From NCBI GenBank assembly GCA_965644295.1, contig CBFFRP010000086.1:1-29043 (forward strand): a DNA stretch of 29,043 nucleotides. Direction: 5' to 3'. The stretch's first letter is position 1, and the number at the start of each line of letters is the position of its first letter. This DNA is from Paraphysomonas bandaiensis (taxonomy: Eukaryota > Protista > Chrysophyceae). This document shows, one piece after another, positions 10,272 through 21,085 of the stretch. A program made the translations under genes and the position numbers. The notes under the pieces are model-generated. The model was not told the origin of the DNA. It made no database searches and was given only the letters and a program-made list of their open reading frames with translations.

Positions 10272-11603
10272 TCACCAGGCAGTACCTTCTGTAGCGATAT
10301 CTATAATTTTTTTTGTGCGATCAAACTGACAACAACAGGTGAACAAAGTTAATATTGTAGCTAGTGAACCTATCATTGCCCATAACCACTCTTTTTTTAC
10401 AATGCTACTCTCATCGTCGTTGCTCTTGCTGTTGTCCTTGCTTTCAATATGGTTAGACGGTGCGGGTGTGGTTGTGGGTGCGGGTGTGGGTATGGGTGTG
10501 GGTACCGGTGTGGGAGCGGGTGTGGGTGTGGGTGTGGGTGCAAAAGTAAGACTAACAAAGGTGTAGGAAGAGTACCCAAAGAGAAATGGGTGGTACGGAT
10601 CAATAAGTTTTGCCCGGTATAGGCCGCTTCCTGAATATGCATGCACGTTTTCCAATATATAGCGACCTGAATTTGCCCAACTGTCAACATTTTGACAAGT
10701 CTCAGTTAAAGAAGACGTGTCAATATGACACCAATATATAGATAGTAATTCTGATACGCAGCTTTGAGCGTTCCATTTCAGAACTATTGACTTATCAGGC
10801 GGGCTCACATCTGGTAATGCTTCAGTGAACTCAATAGCATTCTCACAGATAAACGTTGGTTGGGAAGAAGGAGCGTGAGTTGGGTAAGGTGTCGGCGGTC
10901 GCACAGGTAAAGTGCAATACGTTCCATAAACTCCATCATTACATGTGCACGTCCATGGTGAATTGTTAAGCCCGCATCCCCCACATGTATCATGCCAGTA
11001 GGAGGTTCTCCTGGCCGTTCCACGATAGTCACAACGTGCAGAATTGTATTCAACAGAATAATGACAAACCCCACAATGAGAGCCGTAGCAACGAACACAA
11101 TCTCCACTAGTTGCAAGTGCACTTACTTGTGATATGTCCACTATTGTAAACGCGTTCGAATACGCTGTTCTTTTAGCTTGACATAACGTCTGATTTGGGT
11201 TAGAGCATTCGGTATCACGGAAAACCATTTTAATATGATGCATCTGTCCAATGGCTTCCGTGTCAAGTATAGTAATGTTAGCAACACCTGTATCAAGTAA
11301 AGTTTCCTCGGCAATATAATTTCCGTTTTTCTCGAAGCATTCCATTGACGCCAAGTCAGTAGGCGTCTCTCCATGTAAGCAGAGTTGAATATCAATTCGG
11401 TTGTAGAATGAATGTGATGAAAATTGATGCCATTGAAGTTCATTGATAGGATCTCTTTGAAGATCGATATATACATCGCTTTCTTGTTCTTTATTTAATC
11501 TTCTGAAGTGTATGAGATGCTCTTCTATAGCAGTTGAGTCTTCACATCGAGACGCTGTGAACAACAGATGAAATAACACTGTTACCCCAATGATTGAGAT
11601 CAT
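10272..11603 (-). CDS. Type I membrane/surface protein with Cys-rich EGF-like region and Pro-Thr stalk, 443 aa
   Basis: Signal peptide MISIIGVTVLFHLLFTASRC, Cys-rich centre ending CTCNDGVYGTYC, PTPxPT repeats, TM segment WLWAMIGSLATILTLF followed by CCC and a short tail. Confidence 0.8.
   Translation of the reverse strand: MISIIGVTVLFHLLFTASRCEDSTAIEEHLIHFRRLNKEQESDVYIDLQRDPINELQWHQFSSHSFYNRIDIQLCLHGETPTDLASMECFEKNGNYIAEETLLDTGVANITILDTEAIGQMHHIKMVFRDTECSNPNQTLCQAKRTAYSNAFTIVDISQVSALATSGDCVRCYGSHCGVCHYSVEYNSARCDYRGTARRTSYWHDTCGGCGLNNSPWTCTCNDGVYGTYCTLPVRPPTPYPTHAPSSQPTFICENAIEFTEALPDVSPPDKSIVLKWNAQSCVSELLSIYWCHIDTSSLTETCQNVDSWANSGRYILENVHAYSGSGLYRAKLIDPYHPFLFGYSSYTFVSLTFAPTPTPTPAPTPVPTPIPTPAPTTTPAPSNHIESKDNSKSNDDESSIVKKEWLWAMIGSLATILTLFTCCCQFDRTKKIIDIATEGTAW
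10458..10541 (-). repeat. Hexanucleotide coding repeat (GGTGTG-like on +) encoding the PT stalk
   Basis: ggtgcgggtgtggttgtgggtgcgggtgtggg...ggtgtgggtgtgggtgtgggtgc encodes APTPTPTPAPTPVPTPIPTPAPTTTPAP on the minus strand. Confidence 0.85.
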
Positions 11604-11703
11604 TATAAAGTATCACAAGAGGTCAATTGCTTATGTCGAGTGATAGATATCATAGAGGTGTCATATATGAATCTATCACATCAATTAATTTTCTGCTATC
11701 TGA

Positions 11704-11854
11704 GAATTCCGTCTGTGTCGATCCAGCAAAAAAATCGACCTTTTTTCGTTATTTCTCTGAAATATATTCGTCAAAAAACAATATGCATCAAAAAAGCCTG
11801 AATTTTTTTGCTGGATCGACATATTCCGCTGGATCATTCCCATAGACAGAATTC
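11704..11854. mobile_element. MITE-like palindromic element, about 150 bp
   Basis: Perfect 20-bp inverted repeat tgtcgatccagcaaaaaaat (11716-11735) / atttttttgctggatcgaca (11802-11821). Outer 12/14 inverted match gaattccgtctgtg (11704-11717) / catagacagaattc (11841-11854). Extra gctggatc copy at about 11828. No clear target-site duplication. Confidence 0.55.
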
Positions 11855-12199
11855 AGAGCAGTTGAAGTTGTTGAGTGAAGAATACGGAAAATGCAGTATA
11901 TACTGACGTATACTGCATATATGGTATACAGTGTATTCCAAAAACATCATACGAAATACTGTTGTGCAGTCAGTGGCTGTTGGTGTATCATGATGGAGTA
12001 TCTATACCCCCAATGCCTACATACCATACCACACCATACCAACCATGTCTGCTATATCTGTAGCATGTACTGGTGTGTGAGTATTATGATACACTGGACC
12101 ACATCACTGCATATACATTTACATTCCCAGCCTATGTGCTGATACATAGTAACTCAACATACTTACACACAATTCATTCATACTTCAAAATCTATCCAA

Positions 12200-12946
12200 A
12201 TGAATTCTAAAGAAGCTCTTGATTCAATTGATAAGGAGATAGCAGAGGTCGAGGAGCTCATACGTATGCAGCGCCATAAAGTTGACTTACTCCGACAAAA
12301 GAACTCTATAGTAACTCAACCATCATCATCATCACCATCACCAACATCATCAATAAATGAAGATGAAGCTAAGAAAAGTGTTGATCATGATTCTGATGCT
12401 AAAGATAGTGCTGAGAGTAAGAGTGTGGTGAATCCACTGACTAATACTGCTGAGCCAGAGAAACCAGCAGCCTCAAATAAGAAATTAGAAATTAGTAAAA
12501 CAATGTCATCGATTGTTCAAACGAGTAGGCGATCACTATTCGGTCGACCTAAAGATGAAAATGGTGAAGAAGAGAAAGAGAATTTTATTGATGCTATGAC
12601 CAGGTTGCAGAGACTCACAACTGATTTAGCAAACGAGAGAAATCTTTTGGCTTGGGGTCGAACTGCTCTTGCATCGTCACGAACCACTCTTGCGTTTTTA
12701 GCACTTTCTGGAGATACTGACTTTGGAAGAATATCTGTCAGAATTACATCTATTGGATTTATTGTTGTTGCATTCCTCATGATGGCTATGGGACTGGATA
12801 GATACAATAAAATCAAACGCGTTCTCATGACTCCGAAGCCTCCCCCATTATTTGACCGTCTTAGCAATGCACCCCTCCCAATTGCACTAATGCTGCTGTT
12901 TATACTTGCCATAGTTGTTACTGCGAGTGACCAATGGACTAACTAA
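12200..12946 (+). CDS. DUF202 (YidH/Vtc1-like) membrane protein, 248 aa
   Basis: DLANERNLLAWGRTAL matches the DUF202 signature ANERTxLAWxRT, followed by three hydrophobic segments. N-terminal coiled coil and Ser-rich linker. Confidence 0.85.
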   Translation: MNSKEALDSIDKEIAEVEELIRMQRHKVDLLRQKNSIVTQPSSSSPSPTSSINEDEAKKSVDHDSDAKDSAESKSVVNPLTNTAEPEKPAASNKKLEISKTMSSIVQTSRRSLFGRPKDENGEEEKENFIDAMTRLQRLTTDLANERNLLAWGRTALASSRTTLAFLALSGDTDFGRISVRITSIGFIVVAFLMMAMGLDRYNKIKRVLMTPKPPPLFDRLSNAPLPIALMLLFILAIVVTASDQWTN

Positions 12947-13516
12947 TACGACGCAAATATGTGTCAGGCAGGTTATGCGGGTTGTGATATTGTGTTGCAT
13001 TGCAGGTAAACTATAGACTTGATTGTGAGAATCCTATATATATACTGTATTGCTAGTGAGCTCTGATATGTTGGTAGCAGTATATGAGTATGGTACACAT
13101 AAAGAGGAGCAGTAATAAGTGTTTCAAGTTATTAGTTTGCGCTCTTGACTATTTTATTTATCAGTGTTCAGTTAGGGCGAATTTCACTTCTATAGTGAAT
13201 TTAAGTAATGCAGTAGTATATGAGTTACGAGTTACACAGCTTATAGCTCGTTGTTTTTGTTGTTGTGACTTGGATACTTTTCAGCATCCTTGATGTATTC
13301 TTCAATATGAGGGAAGAAGAAGATACTGGGTGTGAGTGGTACTTGAGCAGTAAAATATTTGTGAAGGAAAATTCTTCACTCAACCGTATAATGAAATCTA
13401 ATATACTGGATATTGGATATCAATTGATTAATAATCGATTAATCAATTTAGAGCCCGTTTTATACATAGTTTACAAAATCTAAATATCTTTAAAATAAAG
13501 TAGTTAACACTGTGTA

Positions 13517-15715
13517 CTATGTGGGCCACGCAGCACGGCACATTGGGTCCTTCGCATCACGTAGTGCAGCTATAATATCACTGTGTATAAGTCTAGGGGC
13601 AAAGACAGCTTCATCTATTGTCCACGTTGATTTTCGTGAATTAGTCGTATTGACAGGTGCCATTGCTCCAGACTTGCTGATCAGCATAATCAGCCCCTGG
13701 CTAACAAGTCTCTGAAGAGCATCTTCGAATACAGGCCATGGAGGTGCTTCAAGTGCTCCACTGGACGCCTGTCGACCGTATGCACTAATCGTATCATTAC
13801 ATCGCTCCCATATTTCTTCCACAAACATTTCAGATATACCAGTGGACTTGGCATACTTGCACATTCCTATGAGGATAGCCTTGTCTAGGTCGCAAGCGCT
13901 GCCTGTAGCGAGCATCATGGGATTCTCCCTATACTCAGCAGCGGCACGGTTCACCATTGGAATCGTCACAGGAATTATCGGTACTGTTTTCTCATTATCG
14001 GCCTTTTTAGCGTGCAGCACTAACTGATTATCTCGATGTAGCTCTATTGCCCTACAACAGATCATAACACAAAAACACACAATACAAACTCTTTCAAACT
14101 AATACCGCTGGCATATTTTTAATGCAGATCGAAGATCACCCGCAGCTGCCGCTGCCTTTCGAGCAGTGAACTCCAGAGATTTCTTGTCAAACACATCTCC
14201 CAGGTTTTCAAGGCGATGAGAAAGAATAGTCAAGACCTGCTCGTGTGTGTAGGCCCTGAAGGCCATTCGCACAAGGTGCTGTCCACCCATTCGTGATAGG
14301 GACTTACGACTAAGACGCTCCGGAAGATCCATTGTGTTAGCAATTCCGATAAGAATCAGCCTTGAGGCAGGCTGCTGTGGCCACTGGAAAAGATTGTATA
14401 CGACACTTTCACTAGTGGTTACTAGGTAATCGAGCTCATCCAACAGGCATATCACGAATGGTCTTTCGTCGACATCGCTTGCAGACATCGTTTCTTCCTC
14501 TGCAAAGTGAGATTTGAGACGAGCTAGGGCAGTCTTATGAGATAAATGCTCTCCAGAAATGCCCCTCCAGAGCACAGTATAAGCATCATTAGGTGTAGGA
14601 ATGCGTAGTCCGTTTATTTCAACAAATTCAAATTGTCTAACTTGTCCACGCTTCAGATCTTGTTTCAGCATAGATATTGCGGCATGAACAGTTGCAGTTT
14701 TCCCTATATAGTAAATATAAGCTGCGCTGTGTAATTAGAATGAGAATATCTACCAGTGCCAGGCATTCCACTGATGTACAACGGCCTTCGACTGGAACCC
14801 GCCCTCCCACCAACACGCACTGCTCCCTTTAAGAACTCGTACACTCGCTTTTGCTCTTCCATTCGACATGGTAACTCTGTGGGTTGTACGGAAACGTGCA
14901 GCTTGGAAACTGCCCGTGAATAAGGATCTGCAGCCGCGACAGGATCGACGGAATCATTCTTTTCTCCAGATGACTGATAGATGTGACTGTACTCGCTGTA
15001 GGCCTTACCTCGACTCCACATATCTTTCACTTGGACGGGTATAAGAGCATCGTTCGTCTCCGTGCAAAGAAAACGACATACCAACTCGCTTGCGTGTTCC
15101 ATGGAATTCTCAGTGACTTCTTCAGTCACAGACCGTCGAGTTCTCTTTCGAGACTGAGGCTTGGTTACGACGTCGTCAGCAACTTCACCAGCATCTACAA
15201 TCGATATTTTACACATAATTGCCCCCTAGTAAACATCAGTATAATTAGTACAACCTATGAACCTACAGCATATCATAACTTACAGCTGCTATGTCAGCCG
15301 TAGAAGGAGATTCTAATATTTCATTGTCTCGGACTTTTATTCTAAACAACCACAATAAATGGAGAGACCACAAATATATATTAAACTTACTTTTTTTTCT
15401 TAATCAAATCGACCTCAGCTGGTTTTAAAAACCATCTTGTTTCAATTTCAACGCCTTCATTGTTGTTTGTATCTTCGAATATAGCCAATATTTGTCCAAA
15501 AGCAAACATCTCACCGGCATCATCCGGCTCCTGCGTTATGATTATCACTTAAATGCATCCATCTATCAGATGAATACCTCTAAACGGATTTTAACACAGT
15601 CAGAAATAGAAATGACACAACCATTTATAATAACAGAGTTAAAGAATTTAAAGCCAGTCTCAGTATCCAATGCAGCGACTCCTTCGGTCTCACAGGTAAT
15701 GTAAGTGTCATTCAT
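13517..15715 (-). CDS. ORC1: Origin recognition complex subunit 1 (BAH + AAA+ + winged helix), 6 exons, about 646 aa
   Basis: Exons 15715-15578, 15530-15391, 15341-15284, 15225-14754, 14703-14106, 14051-13517 (1941 nt in frame). BAH motifs SDCVKI...FGQILAIFED...IETRWFLKPAE; LPCRMEE; Walker A YISGMPGTGKT split by an intron; VEINGL; Walker B LLDELDYL; GIANTMDLPERL; GDLRSALKICQRA. Confidence 0.92.
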
Positions 15716-16098
15716 ACTAATCTCTAATAATATTTAATAACAGATCAATCAAACACTGCATATTGCCCTATAACAATATGATCATGTCATATGAGAGTAG
15801 ACATAGAAAACAGCCACTTTAAACACCATCATAGATTTACAATTCACAAACTGAAAATAAAACCACGTTGTTTACAATTCATAAACTGAAAAAAATACAA
15901 GAGTAACTGAAAAGTACATCTGTCCAAGATATTCACTATAATAACAATTTTTCGGCCCCCTCCCCATATCCTCGACCTGTAGCTGAAAAATTAACTATGA
16001 ATGGTATATATGTTGTTCGATCTATATATTCTTCGAGTATAATTAAGTAGAAGGCTCTGTTATTATATACTGGGCATATTGATTGAATATTAATTCCA

Positions 16099-18012
16099 AT
16101 GATATTGCCAATTTGTGTAGCGACGTTATTGTCGTTTGCCAGTTTGGCATCTGCAGGAAACTGCACGAATACTAATGCGACATGCCTTGATGTGGCGCTG
16201 TATGACTTCTATGGTGATGGATGGGATGGAGTAGAGGTCTATTTGGAGACCCCAGATGACCTCAAATCCGATGCCCCCAACTGCATTAACAGGACAGTTG
16301 AGAGAGAAATATGCACGGATGTAGAGGGACAGTATTACTTCACTGCTATTCATGAGAATGCCTCATACACTCCGAAGAACTCATGGGAGATTTTCTGGAC
16401 TGTATCCAACACAGATTGCAATGGAAACACTACCTACTACAGTGGTGGGTACAACACAACAATGGTGTGGGAGTATGAGGATGGCGAGTGGGATCTAGTA
16501 TACTGGGAGAACCTCTGGGAGAATGAGAAGTCATGCGATGCTTGCGGTGATGCAAAGCAGTGTAAGAAGAAGCCCAAGAAGAAGAACAAGAAGAAGGGAA
16601 AGAAGGGCCCTGTTAAAGGAAAGGATGATGACTCCAAGGGCAAGGACGATGACTCCAAGGGCAAAGATGATGATTCCAAAGGCAAGGACGATGACAAGAA
16701 GGGTAAGGATGATGATAAAAAGGGCAAGGACGATGATACTAAGGGTAAGGACGACGATACTAAGGGTAAGGACGATGATACTAAGGGTAAGGACGATGAC
16801 ACTAAGGGCAAGGACGATGATACTGATACGGGAACTAATACCACGTCTACTACCTACAGTACCACCAACACTACCTCTACTTCCAAAACTGGCAAGAGAT
16901 ATGGTCCTCCGGCTGTGGATCTTCGTATCACGATGTACGACCAAGAGGGTGACGGATGGTGGCAGAACAACTACCTTGGAAGCAGTTGGTACCTCGCAGA
17001 TGATACAAGAACGGAGCTTTTCTACACTGGAACTCTCTGTGACGGAGAGGATGGATACTGCAATATCTGCCTCGGAGATGGGTCTTACACCATTCGCTTC
17101 AGTGGAGAGCCCGGTAACTTCACTGCCTGGGACTTCTGCGGAGTCACAGGTGGTCATGCGATGGAGCTTACTTTCCATGTGAAGAAGGGTAAGTGTTATG
17201 CAGACAGTCTTACCACTCTCGATACCACTTGCTTTGGAGAGGTGAACTCGACCGTAACACTCACTGGAGTGATTGCATTGGGAGGAATTACCACAGAAGT
17301 CTTCGATCTCTCCGATTCGAAGGTACTTGTGCGTTCATTGGCCCGTATGGTCGACGGCTGGTCTCCCGACCGTATGAATGTTGTATCCACTATTCTTGAC
17401 TCCGTGGCATTCAGTGAGGACTCCAGACGCCTTTCCTCCTTCACCCATGATGTTACATTTGAAGTGAGCTTTGAGTCTGAGCGCGCTTACCACGTGGATG
17501 GACGCGATTATGCCCTTCTTAACCAGCTGGTAGAGAAGCTTGCCTCAGAGCTTGAAGAGAAGATTTCCAGCGGAGACCTCTTGACTGCTTTGTCCACACG
17601 GGCTACTCTTGCCAACGTGGTACCCCTCACCCAGGTAACAGATATCCAGCTCCTTTCTTTGGAAGTGGAGTCCGTTACTTACTCTGGAAGCGAAAAAATG
17701 GTTGCCAGTGACCTCGTATACAACCCCACTTCTGAGGAGGAGAGCCAGTCCAAATTTTCATCCCACTTTGACTACACCACTATTATCCTTTTCTTCTCAG
17801 CCGTCGGGGTGGGATTTATTGCATTTGTCGGAATTGTGTCGAACACCATCACTGGATACAGTTCTCTGCCTATGGACTCTGCTCACGGTATTGACCGTTC
17901 CACATCTGCTGCTGAGGTTGTTGGTATTGAAATGGATTCTACTATCTCTAACCCCCTCGGTCGTAACGCCGCCGAAGAGGCTGACACTGGGCGTGTGGCT
18001 TCTACTTTGTAA
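16099..18012 (+). CDS. Type I membrane glycoprotein with two DxxGDGW Cys-rich domains, a poly-Lys tract and KGKDDDx repeats, 637 aa
   Basis: Signal peptide; LYDFYGDGW and MYDQEGDGW domains; KKKPKKKNKKKGKK; 10 x KGKDDD[S/K/T]; Thr-rich stretch; SRRL motif in the membrane-proximal region; TM IILFFSAVGVGFIAFVGIV; many NxS/T sites. Intronless. Confidence 0.85.
   Translation: MILPICVATLLSFASLASAGNCTNTNATCLDVALYDFYGDGWDGVEVYLETPDDLKSDAPNCINRTVEREICTDVEGQYYFTAIHENASYTPKNSWEIFWTVSNTDCNGNTTYYSGGYNTTMVWEYEDGEWDLVYWENLWENEKSCDACGDAKQCKKKPKKKNKKKGKKGPVKGKDDDSKGKDDDSKGKDDDSKGKDDDKKGKDDDKKGKDDDTKGKDDDTKGKDDDTKGKDDDTKGKDDDTDTGTNTTSTTYSTTNTTSTSKTGKRYGPPAVDLRITMYDQEGDGWWQNNYLGSSWYLADDTRTELFYTGTLCDGEDGYCNICLGDGSYTIRFSGEPGNFTAWDFCGVTGGHAMELTFHVKKGKCYADSLTTLDTTCFGEVNSTVTLTGVIALGGITTEVFDLSDSKVLVRSLARMVDGWSPDRMNVVSTILDSVAFSEDSRRLSSFTHDVTFEVSFESERAYHVDGRDYALLNQLVEKLASELEEKISSGDLLTALSTRATLANVVPLTQVTDIQLLSLEVESVTYSGSEKMVASDLVYNPTSEEESQSKFSSHFDYTTIILFFSAVGVGFIAFVGIVSNTITGYSSLPMDSAHGIDRSTSAAEVVGIEMDSTISNPLGRNAAEEADTGRVASTL
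16615..16824 (+). repeat. 21-bp coding tandem repeat, 10 copies (KGKDDDx)
   Basis: Consensus AAG GGY AAG GAY GAY GAY NNN. The seventh residue runs S,S,S,K,K,T,T,T,T,T; other differences are synonymous. Confidence 0.95.
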
Positions 18013-18318
18013 CTTCATTATTTAGAGAGTTGCGGTTTCAATGATATAAATAAGTAACAGTTTATTAAGTTTATTTTTGGTTGTTCAATGATTAGCTATG
18101 CATTATTAGTGTTGTAGGACATGGCACGGAAACTTAAAGTCAGAAACCTGCAATACTACATAAAAGGTACAAAAAGCGATGACAATTCAATTTGCTGTCC
18201 CATTTGCAATGAATTGATACACAACACTTGTTCTGGAGTGTGATATCAGGCTTGCGTAGCACGTAATTGGTGACAGATACACAACAATAATAATTCTAAT
18301 TATAAATCAAGCATCTAA

Positions 18319-19129
18319 TTAATTGCCTTCAATTCCATTGCTAGATTTTAGAATAACCTTCTGAACTATCAAAATCTCATCCCAAAGATGCCGATTTTCA
18401 CGCAGAAACATCAACATTTCAAGGTGTCTAGGTGTCATTCGCTTGCGAAAATCTGTCATAACAATATTAGCACTGCTAAACAACCTCTCACAAACATTGG
18501 TAGTGCTATACAAATGCTTCATGCAACGATATCGTGTTGGTAGTTTCATGCGTGCTTTTTTGCGTTTTTGGTTGTCTTTAAGTAAATGAATGACCTCGTC
18601 TTCCTCCTCCTCATCTTTCTTTTCGTCGAGTTCACTTTCGCGTGCAGGTACGTCACTTATCTAAAAGTGTGGCTCAGTTCTTCTTCCCTACTACGCTGAA
18701 TTTTGACTACTGCTCTCTCGAAATCTGAATTTTGAACAATGTCCACGCCTGCACTCAGGTGGAATTTCATCCCAGGGTACTGACGAATTAAATCATCAAA
18801 TTGTATCCGGACATCATCTAGATCAAGCTGTTCATCTCCATCAGATTGCAAAAGTTTACCGACAATATTAAATCTCTCTAAATGAGACAAAAGCACTCCT
18901 ATCCTGTCATGATCTACTTCGCTTGGGATAAATTGCAACACATAAACATCAAAGTCTCACCCACGAAGATGAGTGGATAGTTCCAGATTGCGTCCACCCT
19001 GATCTATTCTTTCGCCTCAATAGGCCCTTCCCGACTGGACATTCTCTGCATTACCACTTACAAACACCATTTGGTAGTTACTCTTTTTAGTTCAAAATAT
19101 GCTCGTGAAATTTGTTCATACGATGCCAT
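18319..19129 (-). pseudogene. Internally deleted, frameshifted hAT-family transposase
   Basis: C-terminal dimerisation domain TTNVCERLFSSA...RKRMTPRHLEMLMFLRENRHLW (18319-18549), preceded in another frame by LDDVRIQFDDLI...IVQNSDFERAVVKIQ (18657-18941). Upstream is a broken BED finger KW*CRECP...RSGWT/(N)L...HL at about 18965-19060, with an ATG at 19129. Confidence 0.8.
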
Positions 19130-20233
19130 CCTGTTAAATAAATTTGGTTGTGTAGACAATTTATCTTGCGGTGTAAATAAAAAGCACACATTACCGTATA
19201 ATCACACATGTGTATTTGTCACAAGAATTTTGCCCACATTTATCAATAAAGAATCGTCATGGCTGAGGCTAGGTACTTCAAGCCTTAAGATATTTGGTCC
19301 CCGTTTCAACGAGGGTAGGATAGGATTGCGATGCATTGTTGTATTGAATATGTATTGAAATGCATTGGATGAATTGAATATGTTGAGGTATAAAAAGCGT
19401 AACTTCATTTAGCTAATAACCGTATTCTATATCTGCTACCAGATTGTTGAGGACAACAGAAATACCTTTCTATCTTAAATCTCAAAATCATATTTTATAT
19501 TCGAAACCAATACATAGCACAAGCACTAGGAGGCGCTTCAAATTCTGAGAAACATGACGTGACGAAAGGAAAGAGTTTAACACGGTCTTTGTATCGATGA
19601 GGTGTGTCAAAAACCAGTGGCCGTTCTTCCATAGCACAAAGAGAATGTTTTGTAGTCTTGTTTGGAGCTCTTTGACTTATTTACTTTAGTTGATTTCTAT
19701 TTCTAATACCCTCATCCAGTACTGTACCCTACTTGTAGTTATCTAGTAGAACTCAAGTGCACTGTAGCATAGATGTCTACCATATTTACAGTTGTATATT
19801 ATCCTTATTTCTTATTGAAAGAGAGTGCAACTATGTACGTTACTCATACTGTGCGGATTAATAGTGATATGTGTGTAGAATACTTCTTACCCGATACACT
19901 GACCTTAACACGCACATAACTTGTGAACTGCGACTTCCATATATATCCATGTGTACACTTCCTTGACGTGTTATCCAATCATCCATTTATATTATAAAAA
20001 ACGTCTGTTTTATTGGATAAAAGAATTGACAGGACACAAAAATCGCCTCACTGCAATAGCTACATATAGCAAATCCCTGTACGCACGATAGTATGCTATA
20101 TCACAGACACTGTAACTAAGTATACATAAAGCTTATGCTACACATACACCACACCAGATTAAACTGTTCATTATTCTTGAATTCTTTTCTTTAGTCATCT
20201 CTCGTATCGAATAAAGTGTAATCTGTAGCAGTT

Positions 20234-21085
20234 ATGTTGATTCAGGATGCGGTATTGTCTGCACAACGATTAAATCTGGCAAAGAAATCACTTGTAAAAG
20301 AATTTGTATTACATCTAATCTTAGTACTTCTAGATATAAGGGATGCTTATCTTGTTGATGTTTTTCAATTATCAAATGATAAACTGAAAGTGTTAATTGA
20401 AACCGTGTGTCGTTCAGTTGGTTATGCAAGGCCGCTGATATTGGCGACGTTCGCAACTGAGGATATCATTATTATAAACCCATTATCTATTATACGAAAG
20501 ACTACCCCAATTAGATATTGTGATTGTTTTACTATTGTGAGTATTTGCAGCAAAGATCCTGTTGTAGTAGAGGCCTCTTCTGTTGTTCAAGATATTGAGT
20601 CCGCATTGAGGAAAACTATAGATCCTATCTTTACACTTTCCAATAATATCGACAGCGACCATGGATTTCAAATATTGGGCGTTATGTTGGAACTGCAGGA
20701 TGATGATATCATCGGCTACGAATTTCTTGCTGGTTGGCTACTCGGGTATGCATGTATATACAACGCTCGTGGTATTGAGGGTGATAATCAAGACAATCAT
20801 GATGGTGGAGGTGCACTGTCTATGCAGCCACTCAGAAAGATATCGATATCAGCGGATTTAACTGTATCTGAAACAGATAAAGTGAAGCTACCTATACAAG
20901 AATTCACTATTCCAGATATACTGTACAGTGATAGCACCACATCTCAGAAGGTTAGAAGTTATGTTGAGCAATTGGAGCAGAGAATCTCCAGCTTGTGTTA
21001 CAACGATTTATTTATATCGAAATGGGGACCATTCAATGTTTTGAAAGATGAAAAAGTTGTAGTTTGTTCATCACTTGTATTTTAA
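20234..21085 (+). CDS. DUF4504 / UPF0739 (C1orf74-like) protein, 283 aa
   Basis: IRDAYLVD near the N-terminus, LAGWLLGYACIY and ALSMQPL resemble the remembered family motifs (LxGxLLGYPxxY, CLSxxPL). Clean single-exon ORF. Confidence 0.65.
   Translation: MLIQDAVLSAQRLNLAKKSLVKEFVLHLILVLLDIRDAYLVDVFQLSNDKLKVLIETVCRSVGYARPLILATFATEDIIIINPLSIIRKTTPIRYCDCFTIVSICSKDPVVVEASSVVQDIESALRKTIDPIFTLSNNIDSDHGFQILGVMLELQDDDIIGYEFLAGWLLGYACIYNARGIEGDNQDNHDGGGALSMQPLRKISISADLTVSETDKVKLPIQEFTIPDILYSDSTTSQKVRSYVEQLEQRISSLCYNDLFISKWGPFNVLKDEKVVVCSSLVF

Noticed and set aside
10458-10541. GGTGTG run as telomeric repeat
   Set aside because: It is internal, degenerate, and encodes the Pro-Thr stalk of a CDS.
16615-16824. 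21-bp repeat array as a CRISPR array
   Set aside because: Head-to-tail units with no unique spacers, in frame within a CDS, and no cas genes.
16437-17182. Long alternative-frame and antisense ORFs (135, 219, 215 aa)
   Set aside because: By-products of the stop-poor tandem repeat inside the 637-aa gene.
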